From a virus, in IMG/VR virus record IMGVR_UViG_3300017971_004694: a stretch of 64,000 nucleotides of DNA, one strand, 5' to 3'. Within the stretch, counting starts at the first letter, position 1. Every line of letters starts with the position of its first letter. Both the position numbers and the translations under genes were made by a program. The notes below the pieces were generated by a model, which saw only the letters and a program-made list of their open reading frames with translations, searched no databases and was not told the DNA's origin. Of this stretch, positions 37,527-46,904 are shown piece by piece.

Positions 37527-37781
37527 TTACCAATCTCTATCGCTACGCCTCTTTGCCGTGGTTGGCTCTTGCGGAACCCACTCTAGCCTCCAGCGAGGCT
37601 GTGGGGGCGGCTGTGGAACATATATCACTCTTGGGACACACTTCCAACACCAAGAATAATGACCGCCGCAATTCAAATCAGCGCCACAGGCGCTACAGTA
37701 ATTAGTATATCGCCACCTATATGGGCAACAACCAGAGCAAGCAGTATAGGGACAGGAATAGCAATTATAGTTCAAATACAC
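37527..37781 (-). CDS. Small Cys/Tyr/Pro-rich protein
   Basis: 84 aa, TTG start with GGAGGTG RBS; several CxxC; ends KRRSDRDW. Confidence 0.65.
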   Translation of the reverse strand: MYLNYNCYSCPYTACSGCCPYRWRYTNYCSACGADLNCGGHYSWCWKCVPRVIYVPQPPPQPRWRLEWVPQEPTTAKRRSDRDW

Positions 37782-37793
37782 AATACACCTCCA

Positions 37794-39281
37794 TTACCAA
37801 TCTCTATTTGACCTTTTCTTGCTACTTCCTTTCTCTTCCTTCTTTTCTTCCTCTTTATCTACAGCAATAGAAACACTGGGATCCGGATCTGAACTAACCA
37901 TGATGCTGCCGTTCAGGTCATTGGGATATGCGCTGACTCCATTAACATCCCAGTCGTCGCCATCTCCAGCCGTAAAGCTATTTACCATGTCGTCCATAGC
38001 AGTATTGGATATAGCACCAGAGGTCTTAACTTCGGCTGCGTCAGAGCTGGAATAAGACATTACCCTTCCCTTCTTAAGGCCCTGTCTTACAGCTTTGGTA
38101 GTTCCGTGGGAAGCGTTATAACTTTCAGCACTAAGATAATTTACACCTACACTATTAACCAAGCCCTTAACGCCTTCATCACTTATGCTATTGAAACAAT
38201 CGAGCATTACGCCTCGGGCACCTTCATAGTTTCCCATTCTGGCGTAGATTTCTGCCTGATCTTGAGCCCGACCAGCGAGCAGTCTATCTCTGTGCTTCAC
38301 AACATCAGCATCTTCCTCGGTTGGTTCCTCGTCAGCCTTACAAAACTTCACCTTTACCGCCATAGTTTTAAGATCTTGCTTGCTGCCTTCCTTGTCTGTA
38401 TAGCTTACATCAACCTTGAAGGCATTAACCTTACGAGGCAGCGGCTTCTCAACCTCATTCAGCTGAACCTTGGCCACGATATATTTGCTCTCTTCGCCAA
38501 GAATATCCTGAAGTTGAACGGTCGTGACGCCCTTATCCTCTACAACATCTTCGTCATTGAGAATCTCAAGAACCTTGTTGTTCTTGTCTGGAGAAATCTT
38601 GACGCTGATGTTCTGGGCATAGGTGCTCATCAGGCCACCCAGTTCGCGAGCGAACGCGGCCATGGCTGTGTCTGGAGAGTCGATAAAGGCGTAATTCCCA
38701 CCGCATTTGTTTGCGATGTCCGCCAGAAGCTCCTGGTCGCAGTCATTTCCAAAGCCAAAGGCAGAAATAGAAGCTCTGCCCTTTTGCTTTTCAGCAGCTT
38801 CCAGTAGGTTTCTACCTGTGATTCCAACATTAGCGTGTCCATCCGTGAAAAGTATGACTCTCAAGATAAACTTATCTGGAAGATCAAGCTTGTTAATCCA
38901 CTCAAGTGCCTGGAACAAACCTCCGGACATATTGGTGCATGAGCCAGCGTGTAGCTCATCAACCATCTTCTTGAGATTATCTTTTTGTTCTTGTGTAATT
39001 TCGCGAGGTTCTGCGATAGGATGAACAAATGAATCAAAGCTCACAAGACCGGCGAAATCGCCAGGCGCAAGGTGATTCATAAGCTTACGGCAAGCTTTAC
39101 GAACATAATCAATCTTTTGACCAGACATAGAACCACTTACATCCAAGACCGGTAGGACGCAGATCGGCGCTCTGTCTTTTTCCCAGTCTACCTTTGGTGC
39201 CTTGAGTTCTACTAACAGGTGGGTTTCGTTATTTCTATCGTGGGCGTACTTATCCTTAGCAAGTTTTCCTTTTAATTCCAT
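37794..39281 (-). CDS. von Willebrand factor A domain protein
   Basis: VLDVSGSMSG MIDAS, TNMSGGL, LFTDGHAN, GFGNDCDQELL. Confidence 0.9.
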   Translation of the reverse strand: MELKGKLAKDKYAHDRNNETHLLVELKAPKVDWEKDRAPICVLPVLDVSGSMSGQKIDYVRKACRKLMNHLAPGDFAGLVSFDSFVHPIAEPREITQEQKDNLKKMVDELHAGSCTNMSGGLFQALEWINKLDLPDKFILRVILFTDGHANVGITGRNLLEAAEKQKGRASISAFGFGNDCDQELLADIANKCGGNYAFIDSPDTAMAAFARELGGLMSTYAQNISVKISPDKNNKVLEILNDEDVVEDKGVTTVQLQDILGEESKYIVAKVQLNEVEKPLPRKVNAFKVDVSYTDKEGSKQDLKTMAVKVKFCKADEEPTEEDADVVKHRDRLLAGRAQDQAEIYARMGNYEGARGVMLDCFNSISDEGVKGLVNSVGVNYLSAESYNASHGTTKAVRQGLKKGRVMSYSSSDAAEVKTSGAISNTAMDDMVNSFTAGDGDDWDVNGVSAYPNDLNGSIMVSSDPDPSVSIAVDKEEEKKEEKGSSKKRSNRDW

Positions 39282-39457
39282 TTTTTCCTCCTAATGGGGT
39301 TTCACATTGACGTTAAATTCTAACCGCCGCGACGTGGAGGAGGACCGCCTCCCAAAATCGTGGCGAAATTCTATAGGTCCATCGTGCCTGCGCCACCCCA
39401 AAAAAAGGCCCAAAGGATCAACCTGCGGCTTTGGGGAGCCAAAAGAAGCACCCATAT
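39282..39457 (-). promoter_or_regulatory. Candidate structured leader RNA of the VWA gene
   Basis: Stem plus U7 (39406-39400), alternative CCCCAAA/TTTGGGG pairing, GTGGCG/CGCCAC stem, anti-SD TCCTCCT. Confidence 0.45.
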
Positions 39458-39473
39458 GTTAGATTATTGATAG
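39456..39473 (-). promoter_or_regulatory. Putative phage promoter CTATCAAT-N8-AT
   Basis: CTATCAAT AATCTAAC AT. Confidence 0.55.
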
Positions 39474-39480
39474 ATTGATG

Positions 39481-39738
39481 CTACTTTCTGCCGCACCAAA
39501 CATCATTTACGGCTTTTTTGAGTTCATCTTCTTCCATTTCACACCAACCAATTCCGGGGCCCTGCCCACAGAACAATATGAACCAACCATATTCCGGATG
39601 ATGAGCAATTCCCTCTGGTGAGCCATCATTACATAGCTTATCTCTTACATATTGGGGCACCTCATCATATTTTTCGGGCGAGATCATATGCCCTTCAAGC
39701 ATACCTGCGAAATATTGTAATCTTTCTGGATCAAACAT
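39481..39738 (-). CDS. Hypothetical protein
   Basis: 85 aa, GTAGGA RBS. Confidence 0.65.
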   Translation of the reverse strand: MFDPERLQYFAGMLEGHMISPEKYDEVPQYVRDKLCNDGSPEGIAHHPEYGWFILFCGQGPGIGWCEMEEDELKKAVNDVWCGRK

Positions 39739-39742
39739 TTTC

Positions 39743-40099
39743 CTACTTTCTTTTCAACCAATACACTTTTGCCCAATCTTCCAGAGCACCGAAAATACCT
39801 TTGATTGCTTCTTCATCCGTAGAATAAAAGCCCCAAAAATCCATGTGCCTCAAGACGCCGCCTTTTTCTATATTAGAGGTGCCCATCCCCCATTTTCCAC
39901 CCCAGCAAGCTATACTTACTGATGGATCATTAAAAATGGACACATAGGGAGCAAGAGGAGAATTCTTCTCTTCCTCCGTTCTAAAATCCCAGCTATAAAA
40001 AGAGCCCTTGTCTTCTGTCGGCTCGGGGATGTCATATTTGTCCATGAACATTCGCATCGCTTCCATCGCAATCCAGTGATCCGAATTAACTACCTTCAT
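39743..40099 (-). CDS. Hypothetical protein
   Basis: 118 aa, TAGGAG RBS. Confidence 0.7.
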   Translation of the reverse strand: MKVVNSDHWIAMEAMRMFMDKYDIPEPTEDKGSFYSWDFRTEEEKNSPLAPYVSIFNDPSVSIACWGGKWGMGTSNIEKGGVLRHMDFWGFYSTDEEAIKGIFGALEDWAKVYWLKRK

Positions 40100-40107
40100 T
40101 ATTGCTC

Positions 40108-40527
40108 CTAATATATAAAACGGGCTGTTTTATATGTGTTCTTATTGTCGAGGTGCTCGCGACACATAGGAACCAAAAATCTCGTATTTGGAATTGTGGG
40201 CTCAAAATATAGACGATGGATGTAGCAACACTTTATCTCTTCATCAGTCATCGTTTTAGCTTCTTCTTTGTAGAACCAATCGCAGGCGAATACATCCAGG
40301 TGCCAATCCTCACCTTCCATGACAGCCACATGCACCCAATTCTCAATTCTCACGCCAGCTTCTTCCTCGAACTCTCTAATCATGGCTTCTTCCGGCGTCT
40401 CATCTTCTTCAACATGGCCGCCAATCCCGTTCATAAGCCCTGCTTGCCATTCTGGACGTGTCTTCTTGATCAAATAAACCAAATCGTGTGCTGGGAAACA
40501 AAAACCTACGACCATTTTCTTTTTCAT
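40108..40527 (-). CDS. NUDIX hydrolase
   Basis: Nudix box GGHVEEDETPEEAMIREFEEEAG. Confidence 0.9.
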   Translation of the reverse strand: MKKKMVVGFCFPAHDLVYLIKKTRPEWQAGLMNGIGGHVEEDETPEEAMIREFEEEAGVRIENWVHVAVMEGEDWHLDVFACDWFYKEEAKTMTDEEIKCCYIHRLYFEPTIPNTRFLVPMCREHLDNKNTYKTARFIY

Positions 40528-41012
40528 TTATCACCTGTCGATCCAATTCCACCCTCGCCTCTATCAGTTTCACTGACTTCTTCAGTCTCTATTACTTGCA
40601 TCTGGACTACGGGAGCAATTACAATTTGAGCTATTCTCATACCATCTTCGACTGTAAAATCTTGGCCAGAGTGGTTGATAAGCCCAATCATCAGCTCCCC
40701 GCGATAATCACTATCTATTGTTCCAGGAGAGTTGATTACAGTGATGCCCTTCTTTATGGCCATTCCGGATCTTGGCCTCACCTGAACCTCAAATCCATAT
40801 GGAATATCAAGAACCAAACCAGTTGGGATCATTGTCCTCTCACCAGGCTCAAGCACTCTCATGTGTCCATAGGGCTCATTACTATCCAAACAAGCAGATA
40901 CATCCATGCCAGAAGCTCGCTCGCTCATATATTTGGGGAGCTTAGCTCCTGGTCTAATCCTCTTAATGTATAGAGCCATAGTTTTATACCTTTCAACAAT
41001 AGACCTAACCAT
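40524..41012 (-). CDS. dut: dUTPase (trimeric type)
   Basis: ASGMDV, RPRSG, PGTIDSDYRGE, RIAQIV, DRGEGGIGSTG. Confidence 0.97.
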   Translation of the reverse strand: MVRSIVERYKTMALYIKRIRPGAKLPKYMSERASGMDVSACLDSNEPYGHMRVLEPGERTMIPTGLVLDIPYGFEVQVRPRSGMAIKKGITVINSPGTIDSDYRGELMIGLINHSGQDFTVEDGMRIAQIVIAPVVQMQVIETEEVSETDRGEGGIGSTGDK

Positions 41013-41715
41013 GATCCCTATCTCCTCTCGTCATATAAATCATATTATGACATTGATGAAAATCGATATTATGACACTGCATCACCACAGAGTCATAAGG
41101 CCACGACAAAGAAAACTGCTTTTTACCTGGAACTTCCAGGAATGGACCATAATGAAATCTGACCGCCTTGAGTATCATAGACAAGTTATTATCACCAATC
41201 TGGTTTGTTTTATTTTCAATAGCCAGTTTGTTGAATTCTGCGGCAAGCATTACCAACTGCCTATAGCCAATTTCAGGATGTTCTTTTGTGGTCTTAGGAT
41301 TTCCAAGAAGCTGGGGATCTAAACCCCAATCATCAACCATTTTTTGTGTGATTCTGTGTATATCCCCCTCTGGACCACAACGCCATCCATCATGAAGAAT
41401 AAGAGCGGAATACAATTGATCTTTCTGTCTCTGTGTCCAGTGATCCTTAAACTGATGATCGCAGACCTGGCGAGCTATGTATAAACAAGCAAGCACATGA
41501 TCAATTAAGCTTTCTCCAGCTCCGTGGTTAATCTGTGTAGTTGAAGCCGGAAGTGTCCAGAAATACTCTGGTAAGTGTAAAATCGCGAACTCTGTAAATT
41601 CGCGAATAGGATTGGTCTTGATTTTCTTGAGATATTTCTCAAACACCTTCAACTTCATTTCTTTAGTAGCTTCACCAAGCGCTTTCATGTTTTTAAGCAT
41701 TTCTTCATTGGTCAT
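41005..41715 (-). CDS. HD-domain phosphohydrolase
   Basis: HG..SLIDH, LILHDGWR, HPE, VRFHYG, IDF. Confidence 0.75.
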   Translation of the reverse strand: MTNEEMLKNMKALGEATKEMKLKVFEKYLKKIKTNPIREFTEFAILHLPEYFWTLPASTTQINHGAGESLIDHVLACLYIARQVCDHQFKDHWTQRQKDQLYSALILHDGWRCGPEGDIHRITQKMVDDWGLDPQLLGNPKTTKEHPEIGYRQLVMLAAEFNKLAIENKTNQIGDNNLSMILKAVRFHYGPFLEVPGKKQFSLSWPYDSVVMQCHNIDFHQCHNMIYMTRGDRDHG

Positions 41716-42226
41716 TTGGAGACCTCATGAACTTAATTGCCTCCCAACATTCGGGCGCCTTGAGGGCCATACCGAATTGGGAATATTCTGGAAGAAGCCG
41801 CTCATCATCATCAAAAAAGATGAAAGAGGCTTTTGGATACATCCTTAGGACAGTATTCCTGAACACATTCAGCTTGCATTCCACTGGTCCAGACAAATCT
41901 CCATCCTCCCTCATGATTAGAGGGACAGAATCAAAGATGTCCAGATGGTTCTTAAGCCATACTCGCGTAGCATCACGAGCCCTGCTTGAGCGGCCAGTTA
42001 GGAACACAATCTTGGCCTTACATCTACGCGCCAGTTCGGGCAGAATCTCTGCTCCGGGAATCAAGCCATCCTTCTTAATCTCAACTGACCGAGTAAATTC
42101 ATCAATATGCTCGTCAGTCCAATGATTCTGGCTGTCCAATTTATACTTTTTTGTAATTTCATCAACGCGATCCTGTGTATCAGCCACGGTTCCGTCAATA
42201 TCCACGACAAAAATCAACATAATCAT
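41705..42226 (-). CDS. HAD-family phosphatase (polynucleotide kinase/phosphatase-like)
   Basis: VDIDGT, LTGRS, K, FFDDD. Confidence 0.85.
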   Translation of the reverse strand: MIMLIFVVDIDGTVADTQDRVDEITKKYKLDSQNHWTDEHIDEFTRSVEIKKDGLIPGAEILPELARRCKAKIVFLTGRSSRARDATRVWLKNHLDIFDSVPLIMREDGDLSGPVECKLNVFRNTVLRMYPKASFIFFDDDERLLPEYSQFGMALKAPECWEAIKFMRSPNDQ

Positions 42227-42549
42227 TCCTCCTCAATTAATTCCAGGCGCAAAAACAAACCACACTTGGCATGCATCACGCAAAACTCCTCCATCCGACG
42301 GAAAGTTTTTTCCTCAAATACAGGTTTTCCTCTAATACTAAACTTTTCCTGGATATTCCAGATTGCTGTATGGATGTTGGAGTAGATAGGTCTATCGAAT
42401 AGTTTAAAATGGGAGTCGAGATAGTTGGAAATATCTGCGTTTCTTGGAGTTTCCCTCGTTAGATCTAATATCTGGTTGGAGATCGCACCACAGGTGGTAA
42501 AATCATCTTCGGTTCGTCCCCAACATCCTAAAACTAAAATTATTTTCAT
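42223..42549 (-). CDS. Hypothetical protein
   Basis: 108 aa, overlap-packed. Confidence 0.65.
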   Translation of the reverse strand: MKIILVLGCWGRTEDDFTTCGAISNQILDLTRETPRNADISNYLDSHFKLFDRPIYSNIHTAIWNIQEKFSIRGKPVFEEKTFRRMEEFCVMHAKCGLFLRLELIEEE

Positions 42550-43040
42550 TAATCATTTTTTCTCAAGTTTATTTCTATGGGTTCCACATTTGAATTAAAC
42601 TCAATATATTCAACTCCAGCCAAGTCAAAGATTTTGCGGGCAGCCACAGTGAAATCTCGGTCATGATAATGATCATTCAAATAGAATATGCGACTTATTC
42701 CTGCCTGAACTACCATCTTGGCGCATTCATTACAGGGAAATAAAGTAATATAAAGAGTGGAACCTCCCAGATCATTTCTGTTGCTATTCATTATTGCATT
42801 CTCTTCAGCATGAACAACATAAGCATATTTGGTTTCTAAAAAATCACCCACCTTTCCCCAAGGCAAATCATCATCGTCGCACCCGTTTGGAAACCCATTA
42901 TAGCCCACGGCCAGAACTCTATTATTGGGGCCAACTATACAGGCACCCACCTGTGTGGTGGGATCCTTTGAACGCATGGCTGAAAGCTTAGCCAGGGCCA
43001 TGAAGTAATCACTCCACCGCAAATAGTCTTCTCTTTTCAT
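42549..43040 (-). CDS. dCMP deaminase
   Basis: RSKDPTTQVGACIV, GYNGFP, VHAEENAI, TLFPCNECAK. Confidence 0.93.
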   Translation of the reverse strand: MKREDYLRWSDYFMALAKLSAMRSKDPTTQVGACIVGPNNRVLAVGYNGFPNGCDDDDLPWGKVGDFLETKYAYVVHAEENAIMNSNRNDLGGSTLYITLFPCNECAKMVVQAGISRIFYLNDHYHDRDFTVAARKIFDLAGVEYIEFNSNVEPIEINLRKND

Positions 43041-43612
43041 CTCTCTTGCTCCGGTTCGTCTATTTCCTCTCCAAAATATTCCATAAACACATTCACGAAC
43101 TCCTCGTCTTCCGCCTCATCCTCAAGCCAAGATTTAAAGTCTTTAAGGTCGAACTTAATTTGATCTAACTTCTTCTTGGCTGGCTGTTCTATTGGGGTGG
43201 TCAGAGCCCTGCGAATCAATGCCTCTATAGCCTGAGTTATTCTTTCGGAGATCTCACCATAACCATATCCTCCGTAGCTTCGATAAAAAGAATGAAGGGG
43301 GATCTCACTAATAAGAGCCCCATCTCCTCTCTCATATTTCATTATCAAAACGGGCTCGGAGTATGGATGTCTTCCATCAACATAAACCTCTATCATTTCT
43401 TCGGGGATTCCAAAATGATGTATAAAAACACCCTTAATGGCGTTTGTAAGTTCCCTGAAATCTGAAGAGATGAAATTGAAAGCGTCTAAATTCACACCAA
43501 AACTTGGATAGGGGTGCCCAAACATATCATTGCGCCTCCTATCATAATGTCGAAGGTCGTAATCATCTATCACGGGCATAACGCCTGGCGGAAAAAAATC
43601 TCTCGAAGCCAT
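43037..43612 (-). CDS. Hypothetical protein
   Basis: 191 aa. Confidence 0.7.
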   Translation of the reverse strand: MASRDFFPPGVMPVIDDYDLRHYDRRRNDMFGHPYPSFGVNLDAFNFISSDFRELTNAIKGVFIHHFGIPEEMIEVYVDGRHPYSEPVLIMKYERGDGALISEIPLHSFYRSYGGYGYGEISERITQAIEALIRRALTTPIEQPAKKKLDQIKFDLKDFKSWLEDEAEDEEFVNVFMEYFGEEIDEPEQER

Positions 43613-43621
43613 ACTATCTTC

Positions 43622-44041
43622 CTATAAAAGTTGCAATTTTTTCAAGTATTTAGGGACATTTTCCCTTTTGATGGGAACCACTCCCATGCAAGTCAGCGTA
43701 GTTCCATCGTTTTCTTCAGGTTCCAAAGCCGTGAGGCACCGATCATATATTAATTTAGTTCTTATTTTGTCTTCGTCAAGCTTCTTTTTGAAATTTAGCA
43801 ACTTTTCCTTTGATTTCACATAGACAACAAGCTTGGTGAAGCGCCCTTGGAGCCACATTTGAACCCAAGGTGACTTGATTAATTCAATTTCACCTGACAC
43901 AAAATTAGGCATATTTTCTAGTATCGCGCCCAACGAAGCGTGGGCCACTTGAGCGGCAGTTTTGCCTATGCCCATCTGTTCAATCAGGTCTTTGCGAACC
44001 ACGATATACTGAACACACTCATTTCTATCTACTTCTTCCAT
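43622..44041 (-). CDS. pth2: Peptidyl-tRNA hydrolase, PTH2 family
   Basis: QYIVVRKDL..MGIGKTAAQVAHAS, FTKLVV, TLTCMGVVP. Confidence 0.88.
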   Translation of the reverse strand: MEEVDRNECVQYIVVRKDLIEQMGIGKTAAQVAHASLGAILENMPNFVSGEIELIKSPWVQMWLQGRFTKLVVYVKSKEKLLNFKKKLDEDKIRTKLIYDRCLTALEPEENDGTTLTCMGVVPIKRENVPKYLKKLQLL

Positions 44042-44050
44042 CTTAAAACC

Positions 44051-44773
44051 TCATCGAGTCGCCTTTTCAAACATTTCCATAGCATCAAAAAGTTTCTTCT
44101 GGTAAAATAACTCACAGTTTCTACAATCAACGCAATTGGAGCTTACGGGGGTTCCGCACATACGAACACCTTTGCCCTTGTAGCGACTCATTATTCTCAA
44201 AAGCGCTTCTTGTTTGAGGCAGAAATAGTCATTTACGATACTCTTACGCCATTCATAATCATTCTTGGCCTCTTCTGGAATCAAGTCTCCGTTGTAATAG
44301 CGCATAAATGTAAGAACAACTGGAACTCCGTGCGTGTTCCAATAGTGCTCTACAGCCCTATCGATAGTCTCCATGTCCCACGAATTAACGCGCACTCTCA
44401 CAAACATAAGATTCCAAGGCGGATCTTCTACAAGCTTCAGTTCGCCTTTCTTCCCTCCGTTGCAGGTGAATACTACCGGGTCTGGAAAGTCGAAATTGGG
44501 CACTGAAGTGTTGAAGAACTTAAGTCTATATTGTTCTGTCTTCTCTAATACCAACTCTTTTTGGCTATTTGAATCATTGCCAGAATTGACCCTCACAATT
44601 TTATCCCCAACCTCCTCAAGGGAGGGCATCCAAGGCTCGTCCAGAGTGCGGAAAAAGCGTCCACCGTTATAGAAACACTCTGGGCACTGGTGTTTGCACT
44701 CGCCTACCTGTGGGATACAATCAATAATATTGGTTCCCTTTAGCTTGGGATTTTCTGTATAATCTTTATCCAT
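44051..44773 (-). CDS. Radical SAM-like Fe-S protein
   Basis: CxxxCxxC motif CKHQCPEC near the N-terminus; C-terminal C..CxxCxxC. Confidence 0.7.
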   Translation of the reverse strand: MDKDYTENPKLKGTNIIDCIPQVGECKHQCPECFYNGGRFFRTLDEPWMPSLEEVGDKIVRVNSGNDSNSQKELVLEKTEQYRLKFFNTSVPNFDFPDPVVFTCNGGKKGELKLVEDPPWNLMFVRVRVNSWDMETIDRAVEHYWNTHGVPVVLTFMRYYNGDLIPEEAKNDYEWRKSIVNDYFCLKQEALLRIMSRYKGKGVRMCGTPVSSNCVDCRNCELFYQKKLFDAMEMFEKATR

Positions 44774-45108
44774 TTTTCCTCCACTTCACATTGTTCAAAA
44801 ATCCACCTAAGGGCTTCTTTGTGGGTGCTGCACTCAAAAAGTAGCTTGTCAAAGAAATTGCCGCCATCTCGTATAACGAATCTTGGCGATCTGTAAGGGT
44901 GGTGAAAAACACAGAATTTCAAACGGTCTCCGTTTTTGTTATACCCATGATCAAGGATCGTAGTCTCGCGCCAAAACTTCATATACTCATCATCAATCTC
45001 TTTCAACGCAGCGTTAAGCTCCCTCATTTTATCGCGCAAAGGCTCTAAGTGCTCGAATGCATATAGCACTTTTTCCGGGTCTATTTTATACATACCAATT
45101 GTCCCCAC
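44740..45108 (-). CDS. Hypothetical protein
   Basis: 122 aa. Confidence 0.6.
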   Translation of the reverse strand: MGTIGMYKIDPEKVLYAFEHLEPLRDKMRELNAALKEIDDEYMKFWRETTILDHGYNKNGDRLKFCVFHHPYRSPRFVIRDGGNFFDKLLFECSTHKEALRWIFEQCEVEEKWIKIIQKIPS

Positions 45109-45712
45109 TTATCTCTACACCATCGGCTATTAGCTTGGCGTATTTACGCAAAGTCCAAGAATCTTCCTTGCTCTCCTTGATGCCGCTGCCATGAAGATTA
45201 TAGCTTGGATGAAACATAGGAAATACTGGGTATTTCATCCCATTTGACCATTCGCGAGACCACATCAACTTGCCGCGAAGCTTGGTAATTCCGGTTTTGT
45301 CGCATAGCTGCTGCGTAGCATAATTTCCAAAAGCCACTATTAGCTTCGGGTCATTCAACACTATTTGAGCATCCAAGTGCGTCCTACACAGCTTCAACTC
45401 CACCGGGAGCGGCTTTCCATTGCCCTCTGGGCGATAAAGCACAGAATTGGTGATGAACACATCTTTTCTTTGTAGTTCTGCCGTAGCCAGAATATTATTC
45501 GTTAGGAGTTGGCCTGCTCGTCCAACAAAAGGCTTCTTGAGTTTAACTTCGTCTGCCCCAGGGGCTTCTCCCACGACCATTATATCAGCTGGGACTTTTC
45601 CTACAGCAAATACATGAGGATCTAAACCATCAACCAAATCTCTACCAAGCGGACACTCTTTACATTCGTAGCACTTGTTTTTCAACTCATATATTCTGTC
45701 TTTATAGCTCAT
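45086..45712 (-). CDS. Uracil-DNA glycosylase family 4
   Basis: CxxCPL, VVGEAPGADE, KPFVGRAG, FITNSV..RP, MFHPSY; start set at MSYKD. Confidence 0.9.
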   Translation of the reverse strand: MSYKDRIYELKNKCYECKECPLGRDLVDGLDPHVFAVGKVPADIMVVGEAPGADEVKLKKPFVGRAGQLLTNNILATAELQRKDVFITNSVLYRPEGNGKPLPVELKLCRTHLDAQIVLNDPKLIVAFGNYATQQLCDKTGITKLRGKLMWSREWSNGMKYPVFPMFHPSYNLHGSGIKESKEDSWTLRKYAKLIADGVEISGDNWYV

Positions 45713-46904
45713 CTTCTTCCTCTTCCGTGAGGCACCTAAACACTTGTTTGTTGCTCTTGTCAAACACTTGGCGGCAAACGCCCCTGATTTTACCTGGGGT
45801 CATGCTTTTAATCCTATGCAGCGTAGTGTCCAAATCATCAAGACCATTGAACTCGGATAGAGCAAGAGCACTGTTCAAACCATAAGAGGTTTCAATTCCA
45901 GAATAGATTTCAGAGATATACTTGTTTCTCGACCTAATCATTTCCTCTTCGGTTGGCCCCTTTTCTAAAAGCAATTCAACCTCTTTATTTACCAACTTTA
46001 TGCACTTATCTACATTTTCCTCAGAGGTTTTAACGACAACAACATACCAACCAATATCTTCATAGAAAGCCAGATACGCTCCAACCAAATAGCATAGGCC
46101 GTGCTTCTGCCTAAGAGATTGGAACAATCTGGAGTCCATAGCACTTGTAAGAAACTGATCCACATAGTTAAGAGTGAGTGCTTTCTTGCTGCTTATTGGA
46201 ACTGCCCTATAGCACATAAATATTCTGGCCTGTTCAATAGCGGGGCTCTGCAATATCTTGCCTTTTCTGCCAGCATATTGATTAGGTTCCTTGTCTGCCC
46301 TAAGAAATCTGTTCGTGTTCTCGCCAAACACCTCAGAAATGGCGTCAAAGTCCAGGTCTTCCGGGCCAGTAATAGTCAAAAGCAATCTGCTCGGTCTATA
46401 GTAATAATGGTAAAACTCCTCCAGCTCCTCTTGGGTGATTGATTTAATCGTTTCTTCGAACCCAATAATAGGAATTGACAAGGGCCCTTTGCACAAATAA
46501 TCGTGGAGAGCGTTCGCCACCATATTATCCACACTATCCCTTGAACCTCTCTCTTCTTCCAGCACCACCAGTTTCTCTTTCTCAAACTCCGCAGTATCAA
46601 ACCCCTTCCTACCAAGAATATTCTTCTTGAAGAGCTTGGTTGCCTCCAAGATATTCTCTGCTGGAGAATCGATGTAGAACATCACCTTATTATGCCAGGT
46701 TGCTGCGTTTGCTTCAACTCCAAGCGAGGCTAAAGCTCTGGAATGCTCTTCTTGAGTCATATCTTCGTTGCCTTGGAATATCATGTGCTCAGCCAAGTGA
46801 GCTATTCCGGGAGTCCAAATCCCATATTCCACGTCGGAACCAGCATCAAAAATTGCCCTAACGGTTGCCTTTCTGGAACTACACTTTCCAGTGATTACTT
46901 TCAT
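45702..46904 (-). CDS. M16-family zinc peptidase
   Basis: Inverted zinc motif HLAEH, NAATW, EKLVVLEE, SRLFQSLRQKHGLCY. Confidence 0.92.
   Translation of the reverse strand: MKVITGKCSSRKATVRAIFDAGSDVEYGIWTPGIAHLAEHMIFQGNEDMTQEEHSRALASLGVEANAATWHNKVMFYIDSPAENILEATKLFKKNILGRKGFDTAEFEKEKLVVLEEERGSRDSVDNMVANALHDYLCKGPLSIPIIGFEETIKSITQEELEEFYHYYYRPSRLLLTITGPEDLDFDAISEVFGENTNRFLRADKEPNQYAGRKGKILQSPAIEQARIFMCYRAVPISSKKALTLNYVDQFLTSAMDSRLFQSLRQKHGLCYLVGAYLAFYEDIGWYVVVVKTSEENVDKCIKLVNKEVELLLEKGPTEEEMIRSRNKYISEIYSGIETSYGLNSALALSEFNGLDDLDTTLHRIKSMTPGKIRGVCRQVFDKSNKQVFRCLTEEEEDEL

Noticed and set aside
39433-39443. 11-nt complementarity between the VWA leader (TTTGGCTCCCC) and the unknown RNA (GGGGAGCCAAA, 56436-56446)
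   Set aside because: A match of this length between a 99-nt RNA and 64 kb is expected by chance.
33305-41715. 2-aminoadenine (Z-base) or other base-substitution pathway suggested by HD, MazG-like and dUTPase genes
   Set aside because: No PurZ/PurA homolog or other signature synthase in the window; UDG plus dUTPase indicate ordinary T-containing DNA.
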